From: Azolla caroliniana
Lineage: Eukaryota > Plantae > Polypodiophyta
Assembly (NCBI GenBank): GCA_043228905.1
Contig: JBHGNT010000013.1
Span: forward strand, 18,972,001-19,036,000
Direction: 5' to 3'
DNA: 64,000 nucleotides
A program made the translations under genes and the position numbers. Under the pieces are notes generated by a model. The model was given only the letters and a program-made list of their open reading frames with translations, had not been told where the DNA came from and searched no databases. Below are positions 31,801 to 44,900 of this stretch, one piece after another (the first letter of the stretch is position 1; each line of letters opens with the position of its first letter).

Positions 31801-31904
31801 TTCGATGGCATTGTCATCGCGCTACTATGATTGGCGGCTGCTTCTATCTCAGCTAAAGAAACTCTCTGTCTCGCGCCATTGTTCCCCGAGGCTATTCCTG
31901 TCAT
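28895..31904 (-). CDS. APC: Calcium-binding mitochondrial ATP-Mg/Pi carrier (APC/SCaMC). Exons 31904-31406, 30890-30027, 29304-29214, 29084-28895
   Basis: N-terminal EF-hand loops [34 protein letters not shown] and [13 protein letters not shown], then three carrier repeats ([30 protein letters not shown]). The start Met is inferred and the last intron needs a GC donor. Confidence 0.92.
29425..29985. repeat. Intronic minisatellite: about four units of ~100-112 bp plus shorter partial units
   Basis: ggagatcagttagtgtgcata...cagaaaacata...catctagac...gatatggctgtcatgattctatgaaag.aaagaacaggca repeats at ~29562, 29662, 29774 and 29879. Confidence 0.9.
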
Positions 31905-32850
31905 TTTGATCTCACAGCAGCAAGAGGAACAGACCCCCCCTGAGGATTTGTTTTTCGTGGGATGTATATATATAATCGGGGTGGGGCACACCTCCTTTCT
32001 GCAATTGGATCACAGATATGCTGATTCGTATACTCTGTACACGAAATTAATTAGATGTAATAGCAGGCATCAGAATGAGAGAGGGAGATGGCATACATCC
32101 CACAGGTCAGGATGAGGGTTTTGGAAGCAGAGGTTGGGAGGAGCCATGGCGGAATGAAGGAATGGCTGGGAAACATGGAGCTCAACTGATGAGAAGGGAA
32201 ATCAGAGTAAATGATGGAATGAAGGAAGTGTAAAAGGATGAATAGACGGAGAGGAGGAGGAGAGGTCTCTGATGCTTTTGCCCCCCTCTCCGTCCTTCCC
32301 CTGCTTGCTGTAATGCCTCGCTGGAAAAGGGAAGAAGAAGAAGAAGAAAAAGGGAAGAGGAGAACAGAACAGAACAGAACATAATACAGTCATGATTTGG
32401 AAGGAGGAAGGGAGGCAGGGGAGGTGTGGGCCATAGCCATGGAATGGATGGATGGTTCTCTGCTTTCACTATATCTATAGATCCTCTATACTTCACTCTT
32501 CTCTTCTGCTTTCACTATATGTATCTATGGATGGCATGGGGCATGGGGCATGGGGCATGGGGCATATGGCATGGGGCAGGGCACTAAATGGCCGGGTTCC
32601 CAATGGTGCTTGGCCGGCCGGCCAGGGCACGAACGAGAAACCATGGGATGGACGGACGTACAGACGGACACCCCCATGGCTTGGGAATGGCGAAGACTTT
32701 CGTCGCCTCTATTGTCTTCGGGACAAGATCAACTTCTTCTTCTTCTTTGATCCTTCTTGTTGAACAACTGCGCGTACAGTGTACACATTGTGGACAATAG
32801 ATAAAAAATGTGGTCTGTCCATTGCTTTGTAGGTAATAGTCGACAACCAC

Positions 32851-33220
32851 AAAACCGCGGCTTAACGGTTTAAATGGTTTGGTTTGGTTCAGGTTCAGGT
32901 TTTTTTAAATGTTTCAGTTCGGTTTTCAAGTTTCAATAGTTACAAACCGCGGTTTAAACGGTTTAATGGTTTTTTATGTTTTAAATTTAAAAACAATCTT
33001 TTCATTTTCAAGCTTTATTCTCACATTGTAGGAAAATCTTTAAAATTTTGAAAATTTAAAATAATGAAATATTTTTAATTTTAAAAATTAAAATTTGAAT
33101 TTTGACGTAAGTTCAAAACGGAAACACGAAATCATGGTTTTAACGGTTTCGTGGTTCGTTTCAGGTTTCAAAAATTTTAAACGGTTCCGTTTTTACACTT
33201 CTCAAACCGAATCAAACCAT
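32851..33220. mobile_element. AT-rich non-autonomous DNA-transposon/MITE-like relic
   Basis: Clustered AAACCG/CGGTTT and GGTTC motifs flank an AT-rich core. Clear TIR or TSD not established. Confidence 0.4.
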
Positions 33221-34510
33221 TGCTATTTGTTATTTGTAGGAGTGTCTCAATTAATCACATTGACGCCCCATGTCTCGCTAACCTAAGGCATTTGATCAAC
33301 AACAAAAAACGATGCTTCAATAAGTAAGATTCTTGAGAGAAAGCATCATCAATGATGTTCTCCTTCCATTTGTACATCAATTATTTCATATAGTAATAAA
33401 ACCATGATCCTATCAATCCAATACAGCCACGATCCATTTTACCTTATTTCATTCCCTCGTGCTCATGCTCATCATTATATTTCATTGACCAAACAATGTA
33501 TGCAAATATTTCTATCGCATGGATGACATTGAGAATGAAAGGTGAACCCAACCCACGATATCCATATTAAGGGAAAATTCATGTATCTAATACTGAAAAT
33601 GTTGTGAATTACAATTCTCAAAAACATATCCAAGTCTTCGGCAATGCACATTCATACCAAAACTTTAATAATGGATAACAACACTTGGTATTTCAACCCT
33701 TATGCCATTAAACACATGACTTTTGATCGGTCAACCATAAGCAACTTTGAACCTCTTTGCAAAAGGTCAACCTTCAACAAATTCAAATTGTTGGCGGTAC
33801 CATGTTGCATTAGTGCTATCTGCGTTCTTCGTGACGAAGAAAATGAGATGATGTGTATCTAGAGTTAGATAGATGGAGCCATGGCCCATGAGGGCCTCTA
33901 GCTCCCAAATGGTTGTTAAGAAGAAGAAACGAGCAAGAAGAGAAATTGAGAGTATGAATAAATTCGCCCCAAGGCCATTTTGAGCTGTGTAGATCCTTGC
34001 TCCCTTCAATCTAAATTCTTCCCCTAGATCTTTGAACGATGACATACCCTTGGTTGGCTTTATCCATCATTTTTTGTAATTAGATTGTGAAATGGTGAGG
34101 TTTAAATTGGACATCATAGAGAGCTTCCACTTCTATGGTGGCATCTACCAACATTCTTATTTATTTAAATGATTTAGCTTCCCTCATCTAAAACCACCTT
34201 TTTTTCTTTTGTTTTATCTTCCATTTAGCTCAACCCATTGCCATTGGGTCTTTTTCCATTGTTGATAAGACTTCAAGCATACATCTTCATCATCTTTCTT
34301 GTAGTCCTACATCCATGGGTGAATGTTTTATCAAAATTGCCATCAAATGGTGCATTTCATTAATTGTGCGTTAGCCACTAATTTGCTATATCAATACAAT
34401 GGGATATTCAAACATGTAAATCGAATGCTAACATTAAATTGGAATGATTTTGTGATACTAGAACTTCCTTATGTATAGTACTTCCTAGTTTTGTACATGT
34501 TTGCCAATAG

Positions 34511-34810
34511 ACTATGGGATGCTATAATAATATGATATTATTATTTGTGTGTACACAATGGGAACATGTTGGCTAAAGACTATGGGATGCTATAATAATA
34601 TGATATTATTATTTGTGTGTACACAATGGGAACATGTTGGCTAAAGACTAGGATACTCATCAAGGTGGCCATGGGGTCAACCTCCCCAAGTGGTGTATGA
34701 AATCTTGTATGATTATAACACCACCCTCGACGATGATAACCTAGCCAATCCATGACGTAATATAACTTACTACATTCGATGTTGGAGTCCAAAACAAAGT
34801 CCATCCTCTT
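34511..34810 (-). mobile_element. 67-bp tandem duplication next to a gypsy chromodomain-like remnant
   Basis: actatgggatgctataataatatgatatt...ggctaaag is duplicated exactly. The adjacent minus-strand peptide VLDSNIECSKLYYVMDWLGY resembles a chromovirus chromodomain. Confidence 0.45.
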
Positions 34811-35743
34811 ACTTTGGTTCATCAAACAAGCCAAACTAGTGTGAGGGAGTAACATTGGTAAAGATGAACATATTTATAGATCATTTAGATGTTTAATGCA
34901 ATGTCATTTATTTAAGGAAATGTCAAGATTGGACCAAGATATTGATAGTCTAATTTGTTAGCACACGACATTGCAACAACCACAAACAACCCCTTACTTC
35001 AAAATGTAGGTGCCATTGGTGAGGAAGAGGCTATGAGTTGCAGCTAAGGATTGTGCTCCTTGGGTAGCAACGCAAAAATGGTAAGAATGCTTGACTTTGA
35101 ATCTCTTGACTATGCTTGAATGGCTTCTAGACATTCGAGCATAGTCAATGCGTGGATGATAAAGCCCTCTCTATTCAGTGAACTCATTGATGTGATGCTT
35201 TCCTCGCTCTAGTGCCAAAAGAAAGTTGGTGTTAGAACATGCATGCGTTGTTCTAGCTAGCTAGCTGAGGTTGCTACATTGCTAAAAAGGCGAAAGGAGA
35301 TTCCCCGAAGAAAATGTATTTCGGTTTGTAGCTTGGCTTGGGCGAGACCTTCAGGGTTCTCGTGGGGACCATCCCTGCCTGTTGCGTTGGGCCCCACGTA
35401 CCGAGCCTCGTGATCTTTTTTTCGCTTCATTCCTAACTACCTCCTTGATGTTTCTCGAGCGAGCAAGGGAGCGAGGCAGGGTCTTCTTATCTAAAAAATC
35501 TATGGGTCATCATCAATCGAAAGGAAGGTGTGAAGGGGAAACGGAACAAATATCTAGCTCTAGAGCTAAGAAGAAGCTCACCATAGATATAGATATGTAA
35601 TGAATGAATGAATGAATGAATGGAGGTGTTCTTCTTCCTATTTGTTTCTATTCTTCTGGCCATTCCATGATCATTCATCCATTCATTCCCATTGATAAGG
35701 CACCCATTTCCCAGACTTTCTCTGTGACTCGTCGATCCTAGCT

Positions 35744-37190
35744 ATGGCGAGCCTCAGCTCTGTCTGCTCCTCCTCCTCCTCCTCCTCTTCTTCTTCTTCT
35801 GCTGCCATCGATTTCAGGGAAGCACTCCCTGCATTTCGTCCCATTTCTCGCCCGCTCCTTGGCTACCCATACAACCATCCCACTGTTTCCCTGGGCTTGC
35901 TGCAGCAGCAGAGTCGAGCCTCCTGCAAATATGCCGGTCGAAGCGGACCAAAGCAACAGAAGGCTTCTGCAGCCTTGAATGTAAGAGATAGAGAATCCGC
36001 ATCATCCACTGCGTTGGAGGCACCGGATGCAGATTCTGCTGCTGCTTCTGGTGGAGAGCGGCAACAGGAAGTGCTGTCTGAGTCGGCATCATCGGCTTCA
36101 TCGGCAGCTGCGGCAGATAGAGGATTAACAGATGTTGGCATTGAGAAGCTAGATGACACTGTTGTAAAACTAGGCCCACCCCAATCTATAGAAACCGAAG
36201 ATGCTGCCATTACCCTCTTTCCTGACGGATTCCTGGATGATTTCTCTATTAAAAGCTTGGATTGGGTGAGCATCGTTCCCAACCACATGCTTCCCCCAGG
36301 AGACAGACTCATCTTTAACCACAGTGGAGAGGAGGTGATGCTCTGCTGGTTCCAAGGTAAGATCTATGCCCTCAGCAATACATCTCCTGCCGTGAGGAAA
36401 CGCCTGTCGGATGCAGAGATTACCGAGGTATGTTTAGGGTTTAGGGTTTGTTTAGGGTTTAAGATATCGTTATAGATGTGTTGTTGAATTTCCATTCCAA
36501 TGTCCATCCCCACTTGTACTGTACCTTGGATGCCTTCTCAATACCAAAAGGATCTCGACCATACCATACCCTACCCAGGGATGATCATTGGTATACAATA
36601 TAATGTTTTGACAAATGTTGGCATGGCAGGAGGGTGTCATTGTATGCCCATACACACAAAGCCGATTTGACATTAGGACAGGTGCAATGCTGGATTGGCT
36701 TCCCAACGAGTCGCTACTGGTCAAGCTATGGACGCCGCCCATCAGTGATCTTACCGTGTATCCAGTCAAAGTTAGTCCACAACACATCTATATCGATACA
36801 CAGCCGTCTATGGTCGGGGGCTATTTTGCACTCGCCGAATTTAGTGGTAACAGAATATCAACAGATCCAAATTACGAGGTAAATAAAACAATATGGATCT
36901 CGACATTTTCTGTAATGTGAGGAATGCCCTGCCTTAGGATGAATTTGACTGTTTTGGCCTTGTGTATCAAAATTGTGCAGAAATCCATCATCTGGGAATC
37001 ACTTGAAGAGGACATGAGGTTCGGGTTCACACCAGATAACGAGATTGTGAATGGACGAGCAGCTATGCTTGGTTTCGTATCCTTGATACTTATGGAGATA
37101 CATACTGGTGAAGGATTGCTGAAACTATCTGGTGCACTTGACTGGATATATCAAAATCTTCCTGTCAACTTCCCTCTCTTAAGATATTGA
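35744..37190 (+). CDS. Chloroplast PSB33/TEF5/LIL8-like protein (Rieske-like domain plus C-terminal LHC-like helix). Exons 35744-36427, 36630-36878, 36981-37190
   Basis: Ser-rich transit peptide, then the Rieske-like fold WVSIVP...YALSNTSP...EGVIVCPYTQSRFDIRTG...VYPVKV lacking the CxH ligand motif, then the LHC motif FGFTPDNEIVNGRAAMLGF...EIHTGEGLL. Both introns are phase-0 GT-AG. Confidence 0.85.
36433..36457 (+). repeat. Short interstitial plant telomere repeat (three TTTAGGG copies) at the start of intron 1
   Basis: tttagggtttagggtttgtttaggg lies 5 nt after the donor site. Confidence 0.8.
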
Positions 37191-37785
37191 CCCATCTCCC
37201 CTCCCCCAACCTCAATCCCATTGTTAATATAAAATGGGACTGGTCAATTTGTTCTGCCACATATTTATGTACCTTGTCTAACCATAAAATTATCAGGTTT
37301 CCCATGATTGTATCAAGTATCATTAGGTATTATTAAATTTAGTTCATGCAAAAGAAGATTCACCAAGATATCTTTGGGAACTATGGATAATTATAGCCAA
37401 CTTCACTACACATCCTTGGAAGAAACATTTTGGAGCAACCTTGTTTCTCAATGCCTTTCCATACATGGGTCATATCATAAGATTGATCTCCATGTACAAA
37501 TACCGTAATGTAATATAATCATGATATCTATCTCTAATTATGCAGAATTGTTGAGTAATAATCCCTTTTCTTCAAGGAGCTATGAAGATATGACCAAATA
37601 GAGTGTAGAAAAAGAGAAAAGGAGAGATGAATATGTGCATTAACATCTCTAAAGAAACAATATGACCTATAAGATCAAACATTAGACATTGTGTATCTTG
37701 TTTGACGAACAAAAATCAACAAAAATTAAAGCAAGAGAGTACACTATTTTTTTATCATCCGAGAGCGAGACAGAGATAGAGAGAT

Positions 37786-37964
37786 GGTTGTAGTTCAATT
37801 GGTAAAATTGTTGAATGGGAACCAAAAGATCAGGCATTCAACCCTTACATTCCACAATGGCATCTAGTCGAATAATAAATAAAATGTGATTCAACAAATA
37901 CACATGAAAGTAAAGTCTTGAACCCAAGGCCTTGTGTTGGTAGTTTAACCACTCACAACTAGCC
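37786..37964. mobile_element. Two degenerate tRNA-like (SINE-head-like) sequences in opposite orientation
   Basis: Plus strand has TAGTTCAATTGGTAAA (A-box-like) and CATTCAACCC (B-box-like). Minus strand 37964-37916 reads GGCTAGTTGTGAGTGGTTAA...GGGTTCAAG. Confidence 0.35.
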
Positions 37965-38915
37965 TCTAGGGTCAGCCAATTGAGATAGAGATCTTACATT
38001 GGACTATATAGGTCCATATTGATATACCTAGAGATATCAGATGTATTGGGAACCCTCATTGATTTTGTTGTAAGTTGATAGGATTATTATATTACATCTA
38101 TTGTAATCTATTATTTCATAGAAAAGGTAGCTTCATGTTGGCACAGTCATAGCTTCATATTATTAATCTCCTTGCAACCAATCTAGAGATCAATCACATG
38201 GCAACAATTGGAGGGTCGACAATATAATAATTATCCACCAATTATGGTATTGACATCCTCACAAATTCTACATTGGGATGTAAAAGAAACTCTTAAGTCT
38301 GAGATTAATAGTATAGGGCAAAGCTTGGACCATGCAAAATGTTATTTTGACATTAACACAATGTATATCATGGCCTAAGGGACAAGCTGGACCATCCTTT
38401 GAATATGATCATATTTGACAATTATTTTCTACATTGCCAATTCTTGTAGCCGCTATTCCAAAATTGGTGGTAGATAAACTATGAAAAGAATGGTTATTCA
38501 ATAGCATAAAAATTGATAATTGTCGTGAACACAAATGACGTATATCATAAGTTGTTTGAAAATAGAGCTTGGTTCGTAGTGAAGGTTTTGCATACATGGC
38601 ATATTATCTGATTTATACAATGGCAGTGTTGAGTTTTGGGCACTCAAGGCCACACTCAACTCCATTTGCATCCTTCGCCTTGTACATTTTATCATGACTA
38701 TTGCTTGTTAATTGGCAAAATCCCAAACTTTTCTAATGCTATCCATCGTGTTGCACAGAAATCCCCTAGTTCTGATCTAGATATGTAACACCAATCTAGC
38801 ATATCATATAGCTTCCTAGCACTTCATGTCGAGAATTTCCAAGTGTGCTGGTGTACATGAATTGTTCATATACCACAAACACACAATACATTGATAATAC
38901 AAACAAATGTTAATG

Positions 38916-41900
38916 TCAATATTTTGGAAAGGTGTATGAGTGTGCAATGTTTGACCCAAGTGATCGTAGCTGCGAAAAGTGTTTCCTGAGAGCGTCCAAT
39001 AAGGCTGTCTCTGCTTCATTCACTGTCCGCCCATACTCCGTCCTCCTTTCATTTTGCTCAGCTTGCATCTGTCGAGTTTTGACTCCCAGTTCAAAAGTTT
39101 AGCAATGTATGAAGATCAAGGGAAAGAATGGAAAAGGAGAAAGATGAGTTTGTGAGAGAAATCCACCTCCTTCACACGTTGCTCGGCAGTCTGCTTTGTA
39201 TTCTGGACATCCTTTTCCATTATCCTTCTTTCCTCATCCAACTGCATCATAAAATACAAATATTAACTTGTTTTGTAAGCATATTTTCATTAACTTATCT
39301 TACCTAAACCTTCATGCAACAATTAGAACTCTTGTTTAAAGCTAATATAAAACTTGCAATCAAGAATATAGTGATGCCCATATCAAAAACGAAATAATTC
39401 AAACAAACATGAATGGTTTTTTCTTTTTAAGATGCTGCATTAACATTAAGAAATGCCTTGAGGCTGTACACGAAAATACGTACATATAGGGAAGTACCCT
39501 ATTTTTTAAACCAAGGTCAAGCTCTAGCTATTGGCTTAAATAAATATTTAGGTGTAGAAACCACTCTCACTTATCAACAAACCACCAATATGGCATGAAA
39601 CTTCAAACATTGTAATTTTGCCCGTTGGGTGTCACCTTTTATGTTATCCAAAGAACCTCTTACATTATGTACAATCTCCATCCAAATTCCTGTAATTGTC
39701 TGAGCAGGCCTTTCTGCATAATTTACTTCTTGCATCAAATGATTAATCCCTCACAACCCTTTATTTAACCATCTCTCCATATGCATGGTTGGCATGATTT
39801 CTTGGCTGTCCCATGCAACTACCAATACTTTTCAGTTCATCTAATCACCAAAACCAGCATGCTGATGATTATGACTAACCTTTGCTATTCACGACTCTTC
39901 ACAATTGGGCTTTTCATTTGTTACTGCCTCCTTGGCCATGTTCATATTGTTGCTGTTAGCTACCTTTTCCTCTTCGTTATTAATATTTCCAAGCGTAGCC
40001 TGATGAGGCAGTCCTATAATATTGATCAATATCATATGTTTGCCGATGGCCACACTCTTCTCTTCACCATTGACATTCCCATGTGTAGCTTGATGACGTG
40101 ATCCTACAATTTCTAGGCTGTTGATCAATATATATTTCAGCAGATACGGCAACATACCATTGTTCTAATGTCTAGTCATTACCTTACGGTTTACCACATA
40201 CCCAAGCCCAATGTAGATGGAGACCACTGATGTCTATACAAATTCCATGGGCCGAGTCCAATTCACAAATAGGCAATACTAAAACACTATGACTATTCAT
40301 TGTATTACAAAGAATACATCTGATTGGAATTTGATTTCTATACATATTCTATGATAATGATATAGCTGGACAAAAGTCCTTTCTGAAACAAAACATGGAA
40401 CCACCACTTCAGTCAGTAGGTGAGACTTTGAGAACATGAGAGATACCGGTTAACTTTATATCAATAGAACACATAACAGCCGCCTGATCGTCGATCACTC
40501 AAAATGACATCACCAGAAAAATTTCCCCAGTAACAAAACCTCTTACATAGAATTTCGGAAGATCTGACTGTTAATCATTGTGAGTAAACCATAATAGATA
40601 CTGAAAATACTCTTTCAAGTCTCTTGCCACAATGGAAAACCTGTTACATGGGATTCACAGGCTTGAGTAGTGTTGGTGTAGCCAGTATCACGACCATAAC
40701 ATTCATGCCAACTTTCTGGTCCAGTTTCTCTCTGGGATACAACATTCATGCTCAAGAGTAGTACTTAATGAGGTTTCAGCATTTTTAAACAAAGAAATGC
40801 CCAGTTTCCATTTCCGATGCAGATACAGATTCCAGGAATATGCAGAAGCAGCTACAGAATGTGAGGTAGGATGAGTGAGGCTCCAGGACTATGCATCATT
40901 TCTCAATGCCTTATTTGTATGTAACTATGATCATGGCTAGAGTTATACCTATGTGTTTGTAGACTAAAAGGATGGTTTCAAGTCCAACATGAGTGAAAGT
41001 ACATCAGCAGGCTTCATGTGCTTTCACACTCTCTTTTTCAGTGATGTTTGACTCTTTAGACAAAGGATCTATGCAAGATTGTGCAAACAAACGACTGGTC
41101 ACATTGTAAAACCATGAACTTCAATGATGTTATTCTGATCTCTAGATCAATGGGCTGTAGTAACACGTGGTAAGAGCGCTCCGATTGCTTTTATTATTAA
41201 TATTCTACAATTATTGACAGTTCATTTAACAACAAAAGCTGATGCAATTCTAAACCATGTAAATATTTTTGAATAGCCAAAAGATAGAGCCATGCTTTTC
41301 ACATACAAACATGTCATAATCTGTAAACCGCTGTATGTATATAATGCCAACCAAATTGGTCCTTTACCTTTATTAACTCCTTTTGTAAAGCTTCTGAATG
41401 CTGGATTCTCTCTAGCTCAAGTTTTTTCTCTAAAAGTTTCTCTTTGTCCTCTAGAAACCCAATAGTCTCTAGTAAATGTGCCTGTCCCATTAGAATTTCC
41501 AGAACATATGTAAAACAAATCTGAGGCATTTCGCTAAGTGATCTATAATTTGTAGAGTTCCACATGAAAAAAGTCATACCCTTTCTGCCATGATCTCAGC
41601 ATTTTTCTGCTCAGCATTCGCCAAAACTTGCTTCAGAGAAATTACATTTCTCTGAACTTCTTCTACTTTAGTGGCATGTAACTGCATACAGGTAAATCTT
41701 TAATATACAAGAATGGATAGTAATTTGTCCATCTTTCTAGAAAGAAAGAAAGATATATCAACTTTATTTAAGGGGCCGAAATGGCATATTAAACTGAACA
41801 AGAGATACACCTTAAAATAAATTTAACCAAACACGAGACACATTCTAAAAACCCAAAATAAATTTAACTGAAGTAGTAAAACAACGTAAGTTTCCATATG

Positions 41901-44900
41901 ATCTCATTAACTAAGCACTTAACACTCTGAGTTCAGATTGACTGAAATTTCTTCATTTAAAAGAGCTCCAGCATGATAATGGTAGATGACGGAACTATTC
42001 CAACAAACCCACCCATAGAAAAATTTAAAATACAGGAAAACGTACAAAACCCAAAAAGTAAAAGGTAAAGCCTAGCACTACCGCACAAATGTTAATTACA
42101 AAATACACTTGCAAAAAATAAATAAGAAATTCAACTAATGAGAATGGAGAGTTCATGGTGGTAACTCAGGGAACAACCAGTATCAGAGAACCAAAAACAT
42201 CTAGAACTCCATGTGAAAACTCGAATGATGAGATGCAATTTGGGTAGACAAAGCAGGTAGCAGTGAAGAATATTTGTGGACAGAGGCTATCAGGTCAATG
42301 TGAAAACACAAACGATGATGACATGCAGTTTGGGTAGACAAATCAGGCAGCAGTGAAGAATATTTGTGTAAAGAGGCTATTAATCAAAATCCTTCTACTT
42401 AACAGAACTCATATGTATTCTATGCCTATAGAGAGGTTTGATACCATGATATGTTCTCAACAAAGCTCATATGGACAACATTTGTACCTTTGGAACTAGA
42501 CGTTTTGATAGTATTCTGCTTCTAGACGAGACATTTTTATTTTGTTGTAGAATGAGGGAATGATGATAATATTATGAACTTAAAGAAGAGCATCCCATAA
42601 ATCCAATACACTGAATTTCAATGGGATAATCATCAGAGTCAGCTAGTTACATTGGGGTATAAATCTCGTGAATGTAAAGAGTAAAGTTTACCTTCTTCAT
42701 CTTTGAAATTTGTTTCATCAATTTCTCTCGCTCCCTCTGTAGCCAAAATAAAAATCAATAATCACATGCATGATATCAATATAGTATTAAAATCGTAATG
42801 CATCAACTCATAACAACTCAACTCAGAATTTAATTTTAGCCAAAACAAGAATGCATAATCATATACATGATAACAACATAGCTCTAAACATCATCCAATG
42901 AGAAATAATACAACAACCTGTAACGACTTCAAATCAGAATTTAATGCTGTCAAATGTTGTAGTGCTTGTTCATGTGAACCCTACAACAGCAACAATTGTC
43001 CAACCATACTTAAGTTAGAGTATAGAATTATTGTTGTGCATCCCAAGGCCCATAAACTATTGAATAGAATTTAGAATCAAAATAAATGGCATAGCTCATC
43101 TTTTGTGAGAACATGCCTCAGATGAGGGAACCACTCACAGAACAAGCTAAGAATGAATTAATCATTAATCCAATCACATTTATAGCACTTCTAAATTGAT
43201 TCACTCAGTGTGAAGTGAATACAAAAACAAACGACATTTGGGACTGCTCTTACTAGAAATTAAGAGATAGGTCGGACTCACATCAAACTCCTGTTTTTTC
43301 AAGTTTCCGGGCAAAATCAATGCATGGCATTATGGCTTTCCAAACTGGTTATTTACACGCTCTAATAATTTCCTTTTTAAAATAGGCAAGCCATGGTACT
43401 CCAAATGATCATCATGCAATTCATAATGCTCTCACAAGAAAATATGAAACCCTTCAAATCCATTGCAAGAGCTTTGTCAAGATGATGACATTTCTAGGTT
43501 TGAAGCTTGGAAAAGCCAAGCAATAAGAGTGTAAAACTTGAAATCCTTCTTTCAATCAACTAGGTTATCACTCACCAAAAAACAACAAAACATGCAGTCA
43601 AGAAATATTAGAAATATTTAATCTTTGATTCTTTCTGCAATGTATCATAGTTCAAATATACACACAAAGAAATAACCAGATTCTATCAGCTCCCAAGCAA
43701 CACAGAAACGATATGAAGATAAAATATGCCCCACAAGCTAGTTCACTGATATGCAAATATGCATTGTGATATCGCTCTCCATGTTTACCTTTTCTTCCAA
43801 CCACTTCTTCTCAGTGGTCATTGTCAATGATCTATGTTTCTCCAATTCCTGCAGCTCTGAAATGCAGACAGTCAGAACGCAATAAATTTTGCAATCTACA
43901 GCATGGCTAGAATAACTCATCGTAAATCAACTGTACGTTTACCTTCAGTACATCCTCTCTTCCCTGACTTTCCTCACAGAGTCTCAAACGCAATTTCTTA
44001 ATCTACAATGGAAAATAAAGCCAGCTCAATGTAAAACATTTTAGAATATCATTACACAAAGAAACTATATGTGCTTACCTCATCCATATACAGTTGGTCA
44101 TTCTCATTAAGTGTGCTGTCCATCTTATTCATTAGACTAAGATTATAATCTGCCTCCTTTCTTGCTCTATCTGTTCGACACAAGTTGTCAATTGGACTTT
44201 CGTAAATGTATTGTATTACATTTTATAGATGCAAAATCTCATGACCACTGCCAAAATCAAACACGAAAGACATTGCATGTGTGCATTGAGAGGTCCAAGA
44301 TGGCATGGTAAGCGTAAAGAACTGTTTCAAGAAATTTTAGAAAGATTTTGAAACTTCATCTTTTATTGATGACCAATAACGATTGCCATTAATGTGATTA
44401 TTTAACACCACTCCAGCATGGGTAACAAGACCAGCATTGGAATTCTTACAAGGAGAGATTTTAAAGAGGTATTTGGTTTCAATGGAGTAACCCGTATAAA
44501 CCTCATGACAGCATCCCCATTAGTTAAAGAAGCGCTATTTTGAGATGTAATGTAGCCAACGGATATGGGAACTACCAAGTCAACAATATACAAGATTGGA
44601 ATTCATGACAGCAAAAGATCCAGCTGAGAAAAGAAACACTTAATGCCGTATGCTCAAATGGAAGAATGGTTAAAGTCACATAGGATGAGCATAGATGCAT
44701 TAACACCATTTAATATACTTAATTATCCATATCTTGATGTAATTAGAAAAGAGAAGAATAAAGTGATCCAGAACAGACACAAGGATATAGGAGAGATTGC
44801 ACAAGGATTGCACAAGGAGAGTCTCGACCACAACATACTAAAGGGGTTTCAATAGATAGAGATATAGCAATTTATTGTGCATGTAGGTCATGGAACCACG

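Noticed and set aside
33660-33760. Peptide WYFNPYAIKHMTFDRS resembling a copia protease motif
   Set aside because: Very short and degenerate with the catalytic DSG absent; not enough to call a feature.
39889-40155. 88-aa ORF with two HQAT.GN.N.EE repeats inside an LRRC45-like intron
   Set aside because: No recognisable domain or convincing splice sites; probably a repeat or TE relic.
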